Numbered from the stretch's first letter, positions 1 through 7,289 are shown. The stretch: DNA of 12,387 bases from Thermotogota bacterium (GCA_034660555.1 JAYEJL010000090.1:1-12387); one strand, 5' to 3'. Notes: a model not told the origin generated them from the letters alone. Made by a program: numbers and translations.

Positions 1-1
1 T

Positions 2-1303
2 GGTAAGTCGCAGGGTATTCATTATTTACACCTCAGCGAGGAAGGAATGTATCAAGGCGGCGGCCATGATCTGTTATCGGGTTTATTACAATGCGTACCA
101 CCTATAACCGCTCCGATTGATACCGAGATATTTAGAGAGTCAACAGCGAAGGGATACGGGAATTCATTTCAGGAGGACGTTTTTAAAGCCTATGTCGAGG
201 GAGCTTATCCTTATTATACACAGGACGGTATCACGTATGCCTGGTATTCTCCAACATCAGACTGGGTGTTAGCGTTTATTCCCTGGTTTGTTCATCCCTG
301 GTACTTGATGGAGTTTACGAGCGAAGCCCAAAAAGAAGCCATCTTATTGAGAATAAAGAAAAAAGTCTTTAATAAAGAGGCTATGAAGTGGGAAGACTCC
401 GAGGAAAAGAAGCTCCAGGGCAAATATAATCTAACCTTAGAACAGCTCAACTGGCGGGCATGGTGTATAGAGAATCAATGTAGAGGTTCTATTGATATAT
501 TTCACCAAGAATACCCCTCAACCGTAGAGGAGGCTTTCCTTAGTTCCGGTCTTAACGTTTTTAGTCAAGAACTATGTGATGAATTAGAGGCTGAGTGCGC
601 TATCCCTATATTAATAGGCGATGTAGTTGACAGGATGGGCAAACCTAAGATTAGACGAAACAAACATGGTCACTTTCGTATATGGGAAAAGCCTGACCCT
701 GATAAAGACTATGTTGTATGCGTTGATTCAGCAGGCGGTTTAAAGCAGAGCCAAAAGGATGCAGGCAAGGAACCAGACCCATCATGTATAGATGTGTTTG
801 AACACATAAGCGGTAAGCAAGTAGCTCAATGGCATGGCAACATAGACTATGACATGATTGCAGATGTAGTTGAGATGATCGGCTTTATTTATAACAAGGC
901 CGTTGCTTGTGTTGAATTAAACAATCACGGCTATACAGTAGTCGCTGATCTTGCTCGAAAGAAATATCCTATGTACGAGACAAAGCCAAATGAGGCCGGA
1001 TGGTTAACTACTAAAAAAACAAAACCTCAGATGGTTGATTCATTAATTCGTATGGCAAGAGACGGTCAAATCCAAATTAATTGCAAGGAAACCGTATCAG
1101 AGATGAGGACGTTCGTAGAGGAATCTGGCAAATACAATGCAGCTCCCGGATGTCACGATGAGAGAGTTGATACAGCAGGTATGGCAGCGTGTATGATGAC
1201 CATGCTACCACGGAAAATCAAATCAATACAGAGAGATGCAGGGATACAGAACTGGATGAATAAAGGCAGAGAGCAACACCAGTATCAAGAGGTATACGCA
1301 TGA
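2..1303 (+). CDS. terL: Terminase large subunit, 5'-partial (end of the ATPase domain plus the RNase H-fold nuclease domain)
   Basis: The frame is open from base 2 and reads GKSQGIHYLHLSEEG before the listed ATG47. LHLSE is a terminase Walker B, so the true start lies upstream of the window. Other motifs are FIPWF, FHQEYPSTVEEAF, and the nuclease motifs YVVCVDSAGG, DPSCIDV, VELNNHG, GWLTTKKTKP and GCHDERVD. The gene lies upstream of the portal. Confidence 0.95.
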   Translation, partial: GKSQGIHYLHLSEEGMYQGGGHDLLSGLLQCVPPITAPIDTEIFRESTAKGYGNSFQEDVFKAYVEGAYPYYTQDGITYAWYSPTSDWVLAFIPWFVHPWYLMEFTSEAQKEAILLRIKKKVFNKEAMKWEDSEEKKLQGKYNLTLEQLNWRAWCIENQCRGSIDIFHQEYPSTVEEAFLSSGLNVFSQELCDELEAECAIPILIGDVVDRMGKPKIRRNKHGHFRIWEKPDPDKDYVVCVDSAGGLKQSQKDAGKEPDPSCIDVFEHISGKQVAQWHGNIDYDMIADVVEMIGFIYNKAVACVELNNHGYTVVADLARKKYPMYETKPNEAGWLTTKKTKPQMVDSLIRMARDGQIQINCKETVSEMRTFVEESGKYNAAPGCHDERVDTAGMAACMMTMLPRKIKSIQRDAGIQNWMNKGREQHQYQEVYA

Positions 1304-1515
1304 CACCACCGGACAAATGCCCTTCATGTGGACTCGAACACGAGAAATGTGCAGAGGAGGGCTTTAAAGACGGGTTTTTGATGATACCACTACCAATGAC
1401 AGGATTAGCGTTATGTATATGCCCAAACTGTTTTGCTGTTATGGGGAACAAAGAGTGTTTTGACGTTCAGAGGAAAATCAAAGAAAAGCAGGAATCAAGG
1501 ATAGTGAGTGTATAA
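1300..1515 (+). CDS. Small Cys-rich, putative zinc-ribbon protein (71 aa)
   Basis: It has CPSC and CICPNC motifs. It overlaps the terL stop by ATGA (1300-1303) and the next ORF by TAATG. Confidence 0.75.
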   Translation: MTPPDKCPSCGLEHEKCAEEGFKDGFLMIPLPMTGLALCICPNCFAVMGNKECFDVQRKIKEKQESRIVSV

Positions 1516-1652
1516 TGCCGAAACCAAAGAAAAATGAATCACGGGAATCCTATATAAAAAGATGTATTCCTATCAGACGCAAAGAACACCCTGAAGAATC
1601 AAGGGAACGATCAATAAGGGTGTGTTTTGAGATGTGGAGGGCTAAAAAATAA
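1515..1652 (+). CDS. Small basic phage protein (45 aa, MPKPKKNESRESYIKRCIPIRRKEHPEESRERSIRVCFEMWRAKK), not in the ORF track
   Basis: Translated by hand. It exactly fills the gap, with TAATG overlaps at both ends (1513-1517 and 1650-1654). The PKP..E....Y/F..RC....E.P.......C...W pattern resembles small proteins I recall from phage head modules. Confidence 0.8.
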   Translation: MPKPKKNESRESYIKRCIPIRRKEHPEESRERSIRVCFEMWRAKK

Positions 1653-1915
1653 TGCAATTACAGCCACTTGGAACGAGAGTTTTGGTAAAGAGAAAGCCGG
1701 AAGTAACTAAAACAGCCGGTGGGATATTCATTCCTGACACCTGTACTGAAAAGCCGATGGAGGGTGATATTCTGAGTATAGGGGATGAAGTCAAGAAGGT
1801 CAAACCTGGCGAGAAGGTTTTATTTGCGAAGTTTGCAGGTGTAGAGGTTGTGAGTAACGATGTTGGAATGTTTTTAATTATGGATGAAAACGAATTGTTA
1901 GGGATTATCATATGA
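1652..1915 (+). CDS. groES: Co-chaperonin GroES (Cpn10), short form lacking the roof hairpin (87 aa)
   Basis: It has LQPLGTRVLVK, the mobile loop KTAGGIFIPD, EKPMEG, VKPGEKVLFAKFAG and C-terminal LIMDENELLG. An RBS GGAGG lies at 1636-1640, and there is an ATGA overlap with the portal. Confidence 0.95.
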   Translation: MQLQPLGTRVLVKRKPEVTKTAGGIFIPDTCTEKPMEGDILSIGDEVKKVKPGEKVLFAKFAGVEVVSNDVGMFLIMDENELLGIII

Positions 1916-3693
1916 TAGAAACACCGGAAAACGGAAAATATCAGGCATTGGTTGAGAAGTGTCTTGAATTATACAAAGATTTCGGTAAGTCTGAATATAG
2001 AGCTAAGAAGATAACCGAGATTAAAGACGGTATTAAGAGATACGAACAGGACGCTCCAAAGGTGACATTCCCCTGGGATGATGCTTATAATGTGTACCTA
2101 CCATTAGTCACTATTACTGTTGATAACTTGGAGCCTCGTTTAGTCGCTGGTTTAATCGGTAAAGAACCTATAGTCTCTTTTGGTGATAATCTCAAAGATT
2201 CAGACGAGCTAATCCAAAAATGGTATAATGAAGAATTAAAAACAACCGTTAAGGTTGATGATGTTGCTAAGACCTGTGTGCATACTATTCTAAAAGAAGG
2301 TACATGGTTTCCCTATCCTGAATATGATTACAACGAAAGAGAGATGTCTGATTTTGAATATACTGAAGACGGACAGCTTGTAATGGACGGAGACACTCCT
2401 AAAAAGCGAATAAGCATTGAAACCATATTTGAAGGCGGTGTTGTCAATACTATACCTTTTAGTGATGTTTACTGCGCTGATGACCTTGGTACAATAAAAG
2501 AATGGGAAGAAGCTGATAAAATAATAAAAGTAAGACCTACTTATAGTGAGCTAATGCAAAGCAAAAAATCCTATATGAATATAGGACCTTGGCTGCTCTC
2601 CGCTAAGTCTCAAAGAAAACTTCAAGACAAGTCTCCAGACCAGATAATTGCTGGCGTGGATGTAACAGGCAAAGAGATTATAGAGTGCATTGAATGTCAT
2701 CTATCATATCCCACATCAGGGTTCAAAGAAGATTTTGACGAAGAAAAACAAACCAATTTTACAGAACAAAGGGTTATAGCAACCATAGCGCTAAAGACTA
2801 AGACTATAATAAAGTTTGCTATTCAATCAGACATAAACATGAATAACGAGTCTTTAATAAAGCGTGTCAGGTTATACCCGGAAGAAGGTCGGAGTTTTGG
2901 AACAAATATTTATGGAAAAATGAAAGCTATCCAGGATGGTAGCTCAGAGATGTTTAGTTTATTAATGAATATAGCTGTAATTTGCATGATGCCATGGTAT
3001 TTTTATGAAGATGGTTCAGGTGTTCAAGGAAAACAGGAAATCTATCCAGGCGCAGGTGTTAAAGTGCAAGATACCGGTAAGATTCTATTCCCTAAATACA
3101 ATATAAACCCTACTCAATACACAGGACTTTTAGACGTATGGTTTTCGTTATGGGAAAAATTAGGGGGTATATCAGACCCACAGATTGGTAAGCCCACCGA
3201 GAAACAAAAGACAGCTACAGAAATAATGACGGTAGTTGAAGAAGGCAATATAAAACACAACTATCAGTCTAAGGGTTTTAAAGAAGAATTTCTTTCGGTA
3301 TTAAGAATTGTTTATGATTTGTATTACCAATACATGCCCTACGACAAAATGATAGAAATTGAAGGTGAAAACGGAAAAGAGGAAGCCCCATTTCCAAGAG
3401 CCTTAATGAGAAGACCGAATAACTTTAAATTGACAGGAAGTACCGAACGTGCTAACAAACTGATAGAACGAAAAGAAGATGAGGATTTATTTGCTCAATT
3501 AAGGGGCGACCCGCTGGTAGATCCTATTAAGCTGATTATCAACTTGCTTGAAAGCTATGGACGGGAGGACTCAAAAGATTACATCAATCCACAAATGGGG
3601 CAATTAGCTCAAATGATAGAAGAGAATCCAGAAATTATGCAAATATTAACTCAGTTTATACAAGAGCAAATGGGCGGTGAAGGCGGTGCATAG
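1912..3693 (+). CDS. Portal protein (podovirus/P22-like head-tail connector), 593 aa
   Basis: Size and position between terL and the scaffold fit a portal. Motifs include FPWDDAYNVYLPL, RSFG...KMKAIQD, IYPGAGVKV, GISDPQIG..KTATEI and a Gln-rich helical C-terminus. Confidence 0.88.
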   Translation: MIETPENGKYQALVEKCLELYKDFGKSEYRAKKITEIKDGIKRYEQDAPKVTFPWDDAYNVYLPLVTITVDNLEPRLVAGLIGKEPIVSFGDNLKDSDELIQKWYNEELKTTVKVDDVAKTCVHTILKEGTWFPYPEYDYNEREMSDFEYTEDGQLVMDGDTPKKRISIETIFEGGVVNTIPFSDVYCADDLGTIKEWEEADKIIKVRPTYSELMQSKKSYMNIGPWLLSAKSQRKLQDKSPDQIIAGVDVTGKEIIECIECHLSYPTSGFKEDFDEEKQTNFTEQRVIATIALKTKTIIKFAIQSDINMNNESLIKRVRLYPEEGRSFGTNIYGKMKAIQDGSSEMFSLLMNIAVICMMPWYFYEDGSGVQGKQEIYPGAGVKVQDTGKILFPKYNINPTQYTGLLDVWFSLWEKLGGISDPQIGKPTEKQKTATEIMTVVEEGNIKHNYQSKGFKEEFLSVLRIVYDLYYQYMPYDKMIEIEGENGKEEAPFPRALMRRPNNFKLTGSTERANKLIERKEDEDLFAQLRGDPLVDPIKLIINLLESYGREDSKDYINPQMGQLAQMIEENPEIMQILTQFIQEQMGGEGGA

Positions 3694-3937
3694 CTGGAAA
3701 GAAATACAGGAATACCGTGAGAAAGAAATCGAAGAGGCCGTTATTCTTATCGGTGATATCTGGAAAGACAAAAAAGGTATTGATTATTTTAGAGGCATGA
3801 TGGATATGTTTGAAAGAATTATCTTGCTGCCTAAAAAGATGTGTCAGGAAAATGAACTTGAATACATCGAGGATATGGTCAACCAAGATTTTAAGCGAGT
3901 CGAGATTAATTTATTGCGAAGGGTTACAAAAGATTGA
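3677..3937 (+). CDS. Small helical protein downstream of the portal (86 aa), function unknown
   Basis: It has a GTG start overlapping the portal 3' end (alternative GTG at 3686). The W..I.....Y.RG......I..LP pattern is typical of small post-portal podophage proteins. Confidence 0.7.
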   Translation: MKAVHSWKEIQEYREKEIEEAVILIGDIWKDKKGIDYFRGMMDMFERIILLPKKMCQENELEYIEDMVNQDFKRVEINLLRRVTKD

Positions 3938-4029
3938 TTGATTCAAGAGAGATACTAAAAGCCATATACAGGATATTAGGCTTTGCGCTTAAAATGGTTG
4001 ACAAACTATTGAAAAAGGAGCCTATATGA
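3934..4029 (+). CDS. Putative 31-aa amphipathic peptide (MIDSREILKAIYRILGFALKMVDKLLKKEPI), not in the ORF track
   Basis: The TTG start forms a TTGA overlap with the preceding stop, continuing the coupling chain. AAGGG lies about 10 nt upstream, and the hydrophobic residues show helical periodicity. Confidence 0.5.
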   Translation: MIDSREILKAIYRILGFALKMVDKLLKKEPI

Positions 4030-4049
4030 AATAAAGACAAACGCATAAA

Positions 4050-4082
4050 TTTTGCATTGCCTCTAATTCTCGCAATGCAAAA
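4050..4082. repeat. Perfect 11-bp inverted repeat (hairpin)
   Basis: TTTTGCATTGC (4050-4060) pairs with GCAATGCAAAA (4072-4082) around an 11-nt loop. Confidence 0.85.
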
Positions 4083-4095
4083 CTAACCACGCATT

Positions 4096-4130
4096 AGCCT
4101 CGTTAGGAGAGATCTTAATGAGGTTTTTTT
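4096..4130 (+). terminator. Intrinsic (Rho-independent) terminator ending the terminase-portal block
   Basis: AGCCTCGTTAGGA-GAGA-TCTTAATGAGGTT forms a 13-bp stem with three G-U pairs and a GNRA loop. It runs into a T7 tract (4124-4130). The G-U pairs work only on the plus-strand RNA. Confidence 0.8.
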
Positions 4131-4137
4131 ATTTAAC

Positions 4138-4176
4138 CAGCGAAAGCTGAGAGCCGACTTAAACAGTCGAGAGGAG
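4138..4176 (+). promoter_or_regulatory. Structured leader and RBS of the scaffold gene
   Basis: Hairpins CAGC-GAAA-GCTG (4138-4149) and CGACT-TAAAC-AGTCG (4155-4169) are followed directly by GAGGAG (4171-4176) and ATG4182. Confidence 0.55.
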
Positions 4177-4181
4177 TAGTA

Positions 4182-5030
4182 ATGGACAAAGATCCGGATG
4201 AAAAATCTGAGGGAAATAACGATCCTATCAAGGACGTTGAAGATGTTGCAATCGAGGGACTTGAAAAAAAGGAACTTGAAGAAATCGACCTTGATGGATT
4301 AGATGAAGAGGAAATCGACGAAGACCCTGACAAAAAGTCAAAGGAAAAAGAGGAAACTGTCCCTAAAAAGGATTTTGAAGATTTGCAGGCAAATTTTAAA
4401 AAACTTGAAGGAGACAAGCGGAATTTAAACAAAGCCCTTCACGAAGCACGGCAAAAGAAAGCTGGAAAGGAAGATGCACCGCTAACAGACAAACAACTTT
4501 TGAAAATTCTTGAAGATAATGACGATGACCCGCAGACTATCTTAAACGTGGTCAAATACCAGGCGGAACAAGCCGCTAAAAAAGCTTCAGGAGAGGTTGT
4601 CTCAGATGCGGAAACGAGGAAAAAAAGCAAAGAGGCTGATACTCTTTTAAAAAGTATGTATCCGTCCCTTGATGATGATTCTTCAGACATGAGAAAAGCG
4701 GTTAATGAAACCAAGTTGTATTATGGTCTTGGTGATAACCCATTAGGTGATTTTTTCGCAACCGGCATTCAAGTTTTGAATGCACTTCCTGATCTTATAA
4801 CCTCTGCTGAAAAACGAGGCGAAGAAACAGCTTTAAAAGGCAAGGCAGATGATAAGCGGAAAAAATCTATAAAAGATAACTTATCGTTAAAGGGAGGCAA
4901 GGAAGTTCTCTCAACGGGACTCACAGAGTCTCAGACTGAAACGGCCTCACAACTTAACCTTTCAGACGCCCAAATGAAAACCTTTAAAAAGATTGTCGGC
5001 AAGACAGCAACCGTGACGGTGAAGGAGTAA
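4182..5030 (+). CDS. Capsid scaffolding protein (282 aa)
   Basis: It has a highly acidic, low-complexity N-terminus, a coiled coil (FEDLQANFKKLEGDKRNLNKALHEAR) and a C-terminal LTESQTETASQLNLSDAQMKTFKK helix pair like capsid-binding tails. It has a strong RBS and lies between the portal and the capsid gene. Confidence 0.75.
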   Translation: MDKDPDEKSEGNNDPIKDVEDVAIEGLEKKELEEIDLDGLDEEEIDEDPDKKSKEKEETVPKKDFEDLQANFKKLEGDKRNLNKALHEARQKKAGKEDAPLTDKQLLKILEDNDDDPQTILNVVKYQAEQAAKKASGEVVSDAETRKKSKEADTLLKSMYPSLDDDSSDMRKAVNETKLYYGLGDNPLGDFFATGIQVLNALPDLITSAEKRGEETALKGKADDKRKKSIKDNLSLKGGKEVLSTGLTESQTETASQLNLSDAQMKTFKKIVGKTATVTVKE

Positions 5031-5033
5031 ATT

Positions 5034-5654
5034 ATGAAAAGAGAAACGACTGAAAGAAAAGACGAAAAAGTGACTAAAAAAACACAGGCTTTAACCCCTG
5101 AAGAGATGGCGATTTTCCAAAGAATCAAAAACGAAGCTGATGATTGGAAAACTATAACAGAGGAATCCGTTGATGATTATTCATTAATGGAAGACCCTTT
5201 TAAACTTCCTGATCAAGTCAGAGAATTTGAAGTCAAAAAACAATTCAAATTCAGATGGATAGAAAGAAAGTCTGAACGGCTTGATGAAATCAGAAGTGCA
5301 AAAGTTCCTAATAAATGGTGGATTGTTAATGTGGATACCTTTCCTACCTTAGAAAGTTTATGTGATCCAATATTGGGATGCATAAGCCGTCAAGACCAGA
5401 TGCTTGTTTTCAAGCCTTGGTGGATGCATGAAAAGCGTATGCAATTACTCGATGAGCTTAATGCAGCCCAAGATAGGACGGGAACCTTAGAAGGAAAAGA
5501 CGGAGAGACAAGAGAAGGCGTCCAGTTTGTAGCGGGGAAACAATCTCCTGATGATCCAAAGCCATTAAGAGGTGCTATTAAAGCAGGTGATAAAATTGAA
5601 TATGAAGAAACCGGTCAAGATGACAGAAGTTTTGGTGATCTTGTAACCGAATAA
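5034..5654 (+). CDS. Head-module protein of unknown function (206 aa)
   Basis: RBS AAGGAG at 5022-5027. The FKFRWI...WWIVN...DQMLVFKP..MHEKR pattern resembles proteins I recall between scaffold and capsid genes in uncultured podophages. Confidence 0.7.
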   Translation: MKRETTERKDEKVTKKTQALTPEEMAIFQRIKNEADDWKTITEESVDDYSLMEDPFKLPDQVREFEVKKQFKFRWIERKSERLDEIRSAKVPNKWWIVNVDTFPTLESLCDPILGCISRQDQMLVFKPWWMHEKRMQLLDELNAAQDRTGTLEGKDGETREGVQFVAGKQSPDDPKPLRGAIKAGDKIEYEETGQDDRSFGDLVTE

Positions 5655-5668
5655 AAGGAGGAAAGATT

Positions 5669-6268
5669 ATGGCTACAGGATTAGACAGGCCATTTGGTTT
5701 TGAAGTATGGGATGAACTTATTCGTTCAAACCTATATGCTGTTCCTACAGCTCCCACTATTGGAATATATCACAATGATATAGTCAGACATGGTGGAGCG
5801 CATCTATCAACAGCAAAAGGGGGACATCTTCCAATAGTTGAAGACGGAGCGGTCCCTGATGGAAATGCTGCGTTATTAGGAACGGTATTGGCTATTTTCG
5901 ACGAGAACATGGACCCGGTAAGCAGAATTATACCGGCGGAAACGGGAGACAGCACTGTAGCAGGTTATGTAATGGTAGCAGACTCGCCTGATCAACTTTT
6001 TGTTGCGCAGGAAGATTCAGACTCCAACGCAATCACTCTTACAGAAGGCGGACAGAATGCGGATTTAGTTTCTGTTGCTCTTTGTGCGGGGACTGCTACT
6101 ACGGGCATCAGCACACAGGAAATAGATTCGGATACGGCTGGAACTGGAGCTGCTTTAAATCTGAAAATAGTGCGTCCTCACCCAAAAGATACACCAACTG
6201 AAGACTACTGCCGGTATATTGTTCAGATAAATGAACATTACTATGGCGATACTATGGCAGGATTATAG
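5669..6268 (+). CDS. Putative capsid cement/stabilising protein (199 aa)
   Basis: RBS AAGGAGG at 5655-5661. It has N-terminal MATGLDRPFGF, plus VADSPDQLFVAQED, TTGISTQEID and IVQINEH, is beta/Gly-Ala-Thr rich, and lies directly upstream of the major capsid gene. Confidence 0.6.
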   Translation: MATGLDRPFGFEVWDELIRSNLYAVPTAPTIGIYHNDIVRHGGAHLSTAKGGHLPIVEDGAVPDGNAALLGTVLAIFDENMDPVSRIIPAETGDSTVAGYVMVADSPDQLFVAQEDSDSNAITLTEGGQNADLVSVALCAGTATTGISTQEIDSDTAGTGAALNLKIVRPHPKDTPTEDYCRYIVQINEHYYGDTMAGL

Positions 6269-6276
6269 GAGGTATT

Positions 6277-7203
6277 ATGTGGACAAGAGCGAGATTTGTA
6301 GATGAGTATGTACCTGGTTTATTCGCTGTTGCTATTGATACCTACACCAAGAATCGTGCAGAATCGATGTGGGACAAATTAGTAACAGTAAAAACCTCAG
6401 TTAAAAAGAAAGAAGAGAACACCGAACGATCAGGGCTGGACACTCCTATTCTGAAACCTGAAGGGCAGGGAATAACTTATGACACCCAGCTTAAAGGAGC
6501 AAAGCAATCATGGATTCACAATGTGTATGCCCTTGGTGTTCGTATAACGGAGGAGGCCGTTGAGGATAACCTTTATGAATTGAAAGGTGGCAGCGAAGGC
6601 GACTTAAAGGAGATTTTCCATGATCTTGGCGAGGCAATGGGCAATAACCTCGAAGTGCTTATGGCGAGATTTCTTAACAGTTGTACTGCTACAACCTACC
6701 ATACGGAAAGAGATGGTTCTACAGCCCTTATTTCCGATTCTCATTCCCTGTTAGGCGGGACTGCGTTTGATAATAAATCAACAAACGCAGACCTTACCTA
6801 TTCGGCTTTCTGGACAGTATTGGTTGCCGCTGAAAATCAGTACAATCATAGAGGCCACAGGGTAAAGAAAAGGGTTGAAAAGCTGTGGTTTCCGCCTCAG
6901 TTAGAAAGGAAGGCTTTAGAAATCCTGAAGTCAACCGATCGTCCTGACACAGCGAACAGGGCTGTATCAGCTTATGCTCAAAGTGGACGGAAAATTCAGG
7001 CCATGAATTGGAATCAACTTACAGACACCGATGCATGGCATATGCAGTTGGAAGGGGACGGGATTATCTTTTTCTGGAGACGCAAGACACGTTTCGCAAG
7101 AGAAGGGGACTTTCAGACAGGGGATATTATGGTAAAAAGCGATCAGAGATTTTCTGCGGAAATCAATGATTACAGGTGCTTCTACAGCAATGTCCCTGGA
7201 TAA
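6277..7203 (+). CDS. Major capsid protein (HK97 fold, resembling Mu gpT-like families), 308 aa
   Basis: RBS AGGAGGT at 6267-6273. Motifs include KPEGQGITYD, HNVYALGVRITEEAVEDNLY, DG.ALIS.SH, LWFPPQLE..A..IL.S, LTDTDAW and DFQTGDIMVKSDQRFS. Confidence 0.9.
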   Translation: MWTRARFVDEYVPGLFAVAIDTYTKNRAESMWDKLVTVKTSVKKKEENTERSGLDTPILKPEGQGITYDTQLKGAKQSWIHNVYALGVRITEEAVEDNLYELKGGSEGDLKEIFHDLGEAMGNNLEVLMARFLNSCTATTYHTERDGSTALISDSHSLLGGTAFDNKSTNADLTYSAFWTVLVAAENQYNHRGHRVKKRVEKLWFPPQLERKALEILKSTDRPDTANRAVSAYAQSGRKIQAMNWNQLTDTDAWHMQLEGDGIIFFWRRKTRFAREGDFQTGDIMVKSDQRFSAEINDYRCFYSNVPG

Positions 7204-7222
7204 TCAATAGGTTATGGAGTAA

Positions 7223-7266
7223 TATACGGTAACACTTGCTTAATACTTAGCTTGTGTTGCCGTATA
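7223..7266 (+). promoter_or_regulatory. Long intergenic hairpin after the capsid gene, without a U-tract
   Basis: TATACGGTAACAC (7223-7235) pairs with GTGTTGCCGTATA (7254-7266), giving 13 bp with one U-G pair. A TT/TT internal loop and a GCT/AGC inner stem follow. Confidence 0.7.
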
Positions 7267-7289
7267 GATATAAACAAAAGGAGATAACA

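Noticed and set aside
47..49. ATG47 as the terminase start
   Set aside because: The frame is open upstream and contains the Walker B motif, so the gene begins before the window.
1511..1516. TATAAT as a -10 box
   Set aside because: There is no matching -35 or properly spaced TGn extension, and the sequence is explained by the TAATG gene junction.
3998..4028. Sigma70 promoter from a perfect TTGACA at 3998-4003
   Set aside because: There is no good -10 at 16-18 nt spacing (CCTATA at 17; TATATG only at 19), and it lies upstream of the terminator. It is not excluded but is unsupported.
5028..5036. In-frame read-through from the scaffold into the 206-aa gene (TAA ATT ATG)
   Set aside because: TAA is rarely read through, the downstream gene has its own AAGGAG, and sharing a frame is a one-in-three coincidence.
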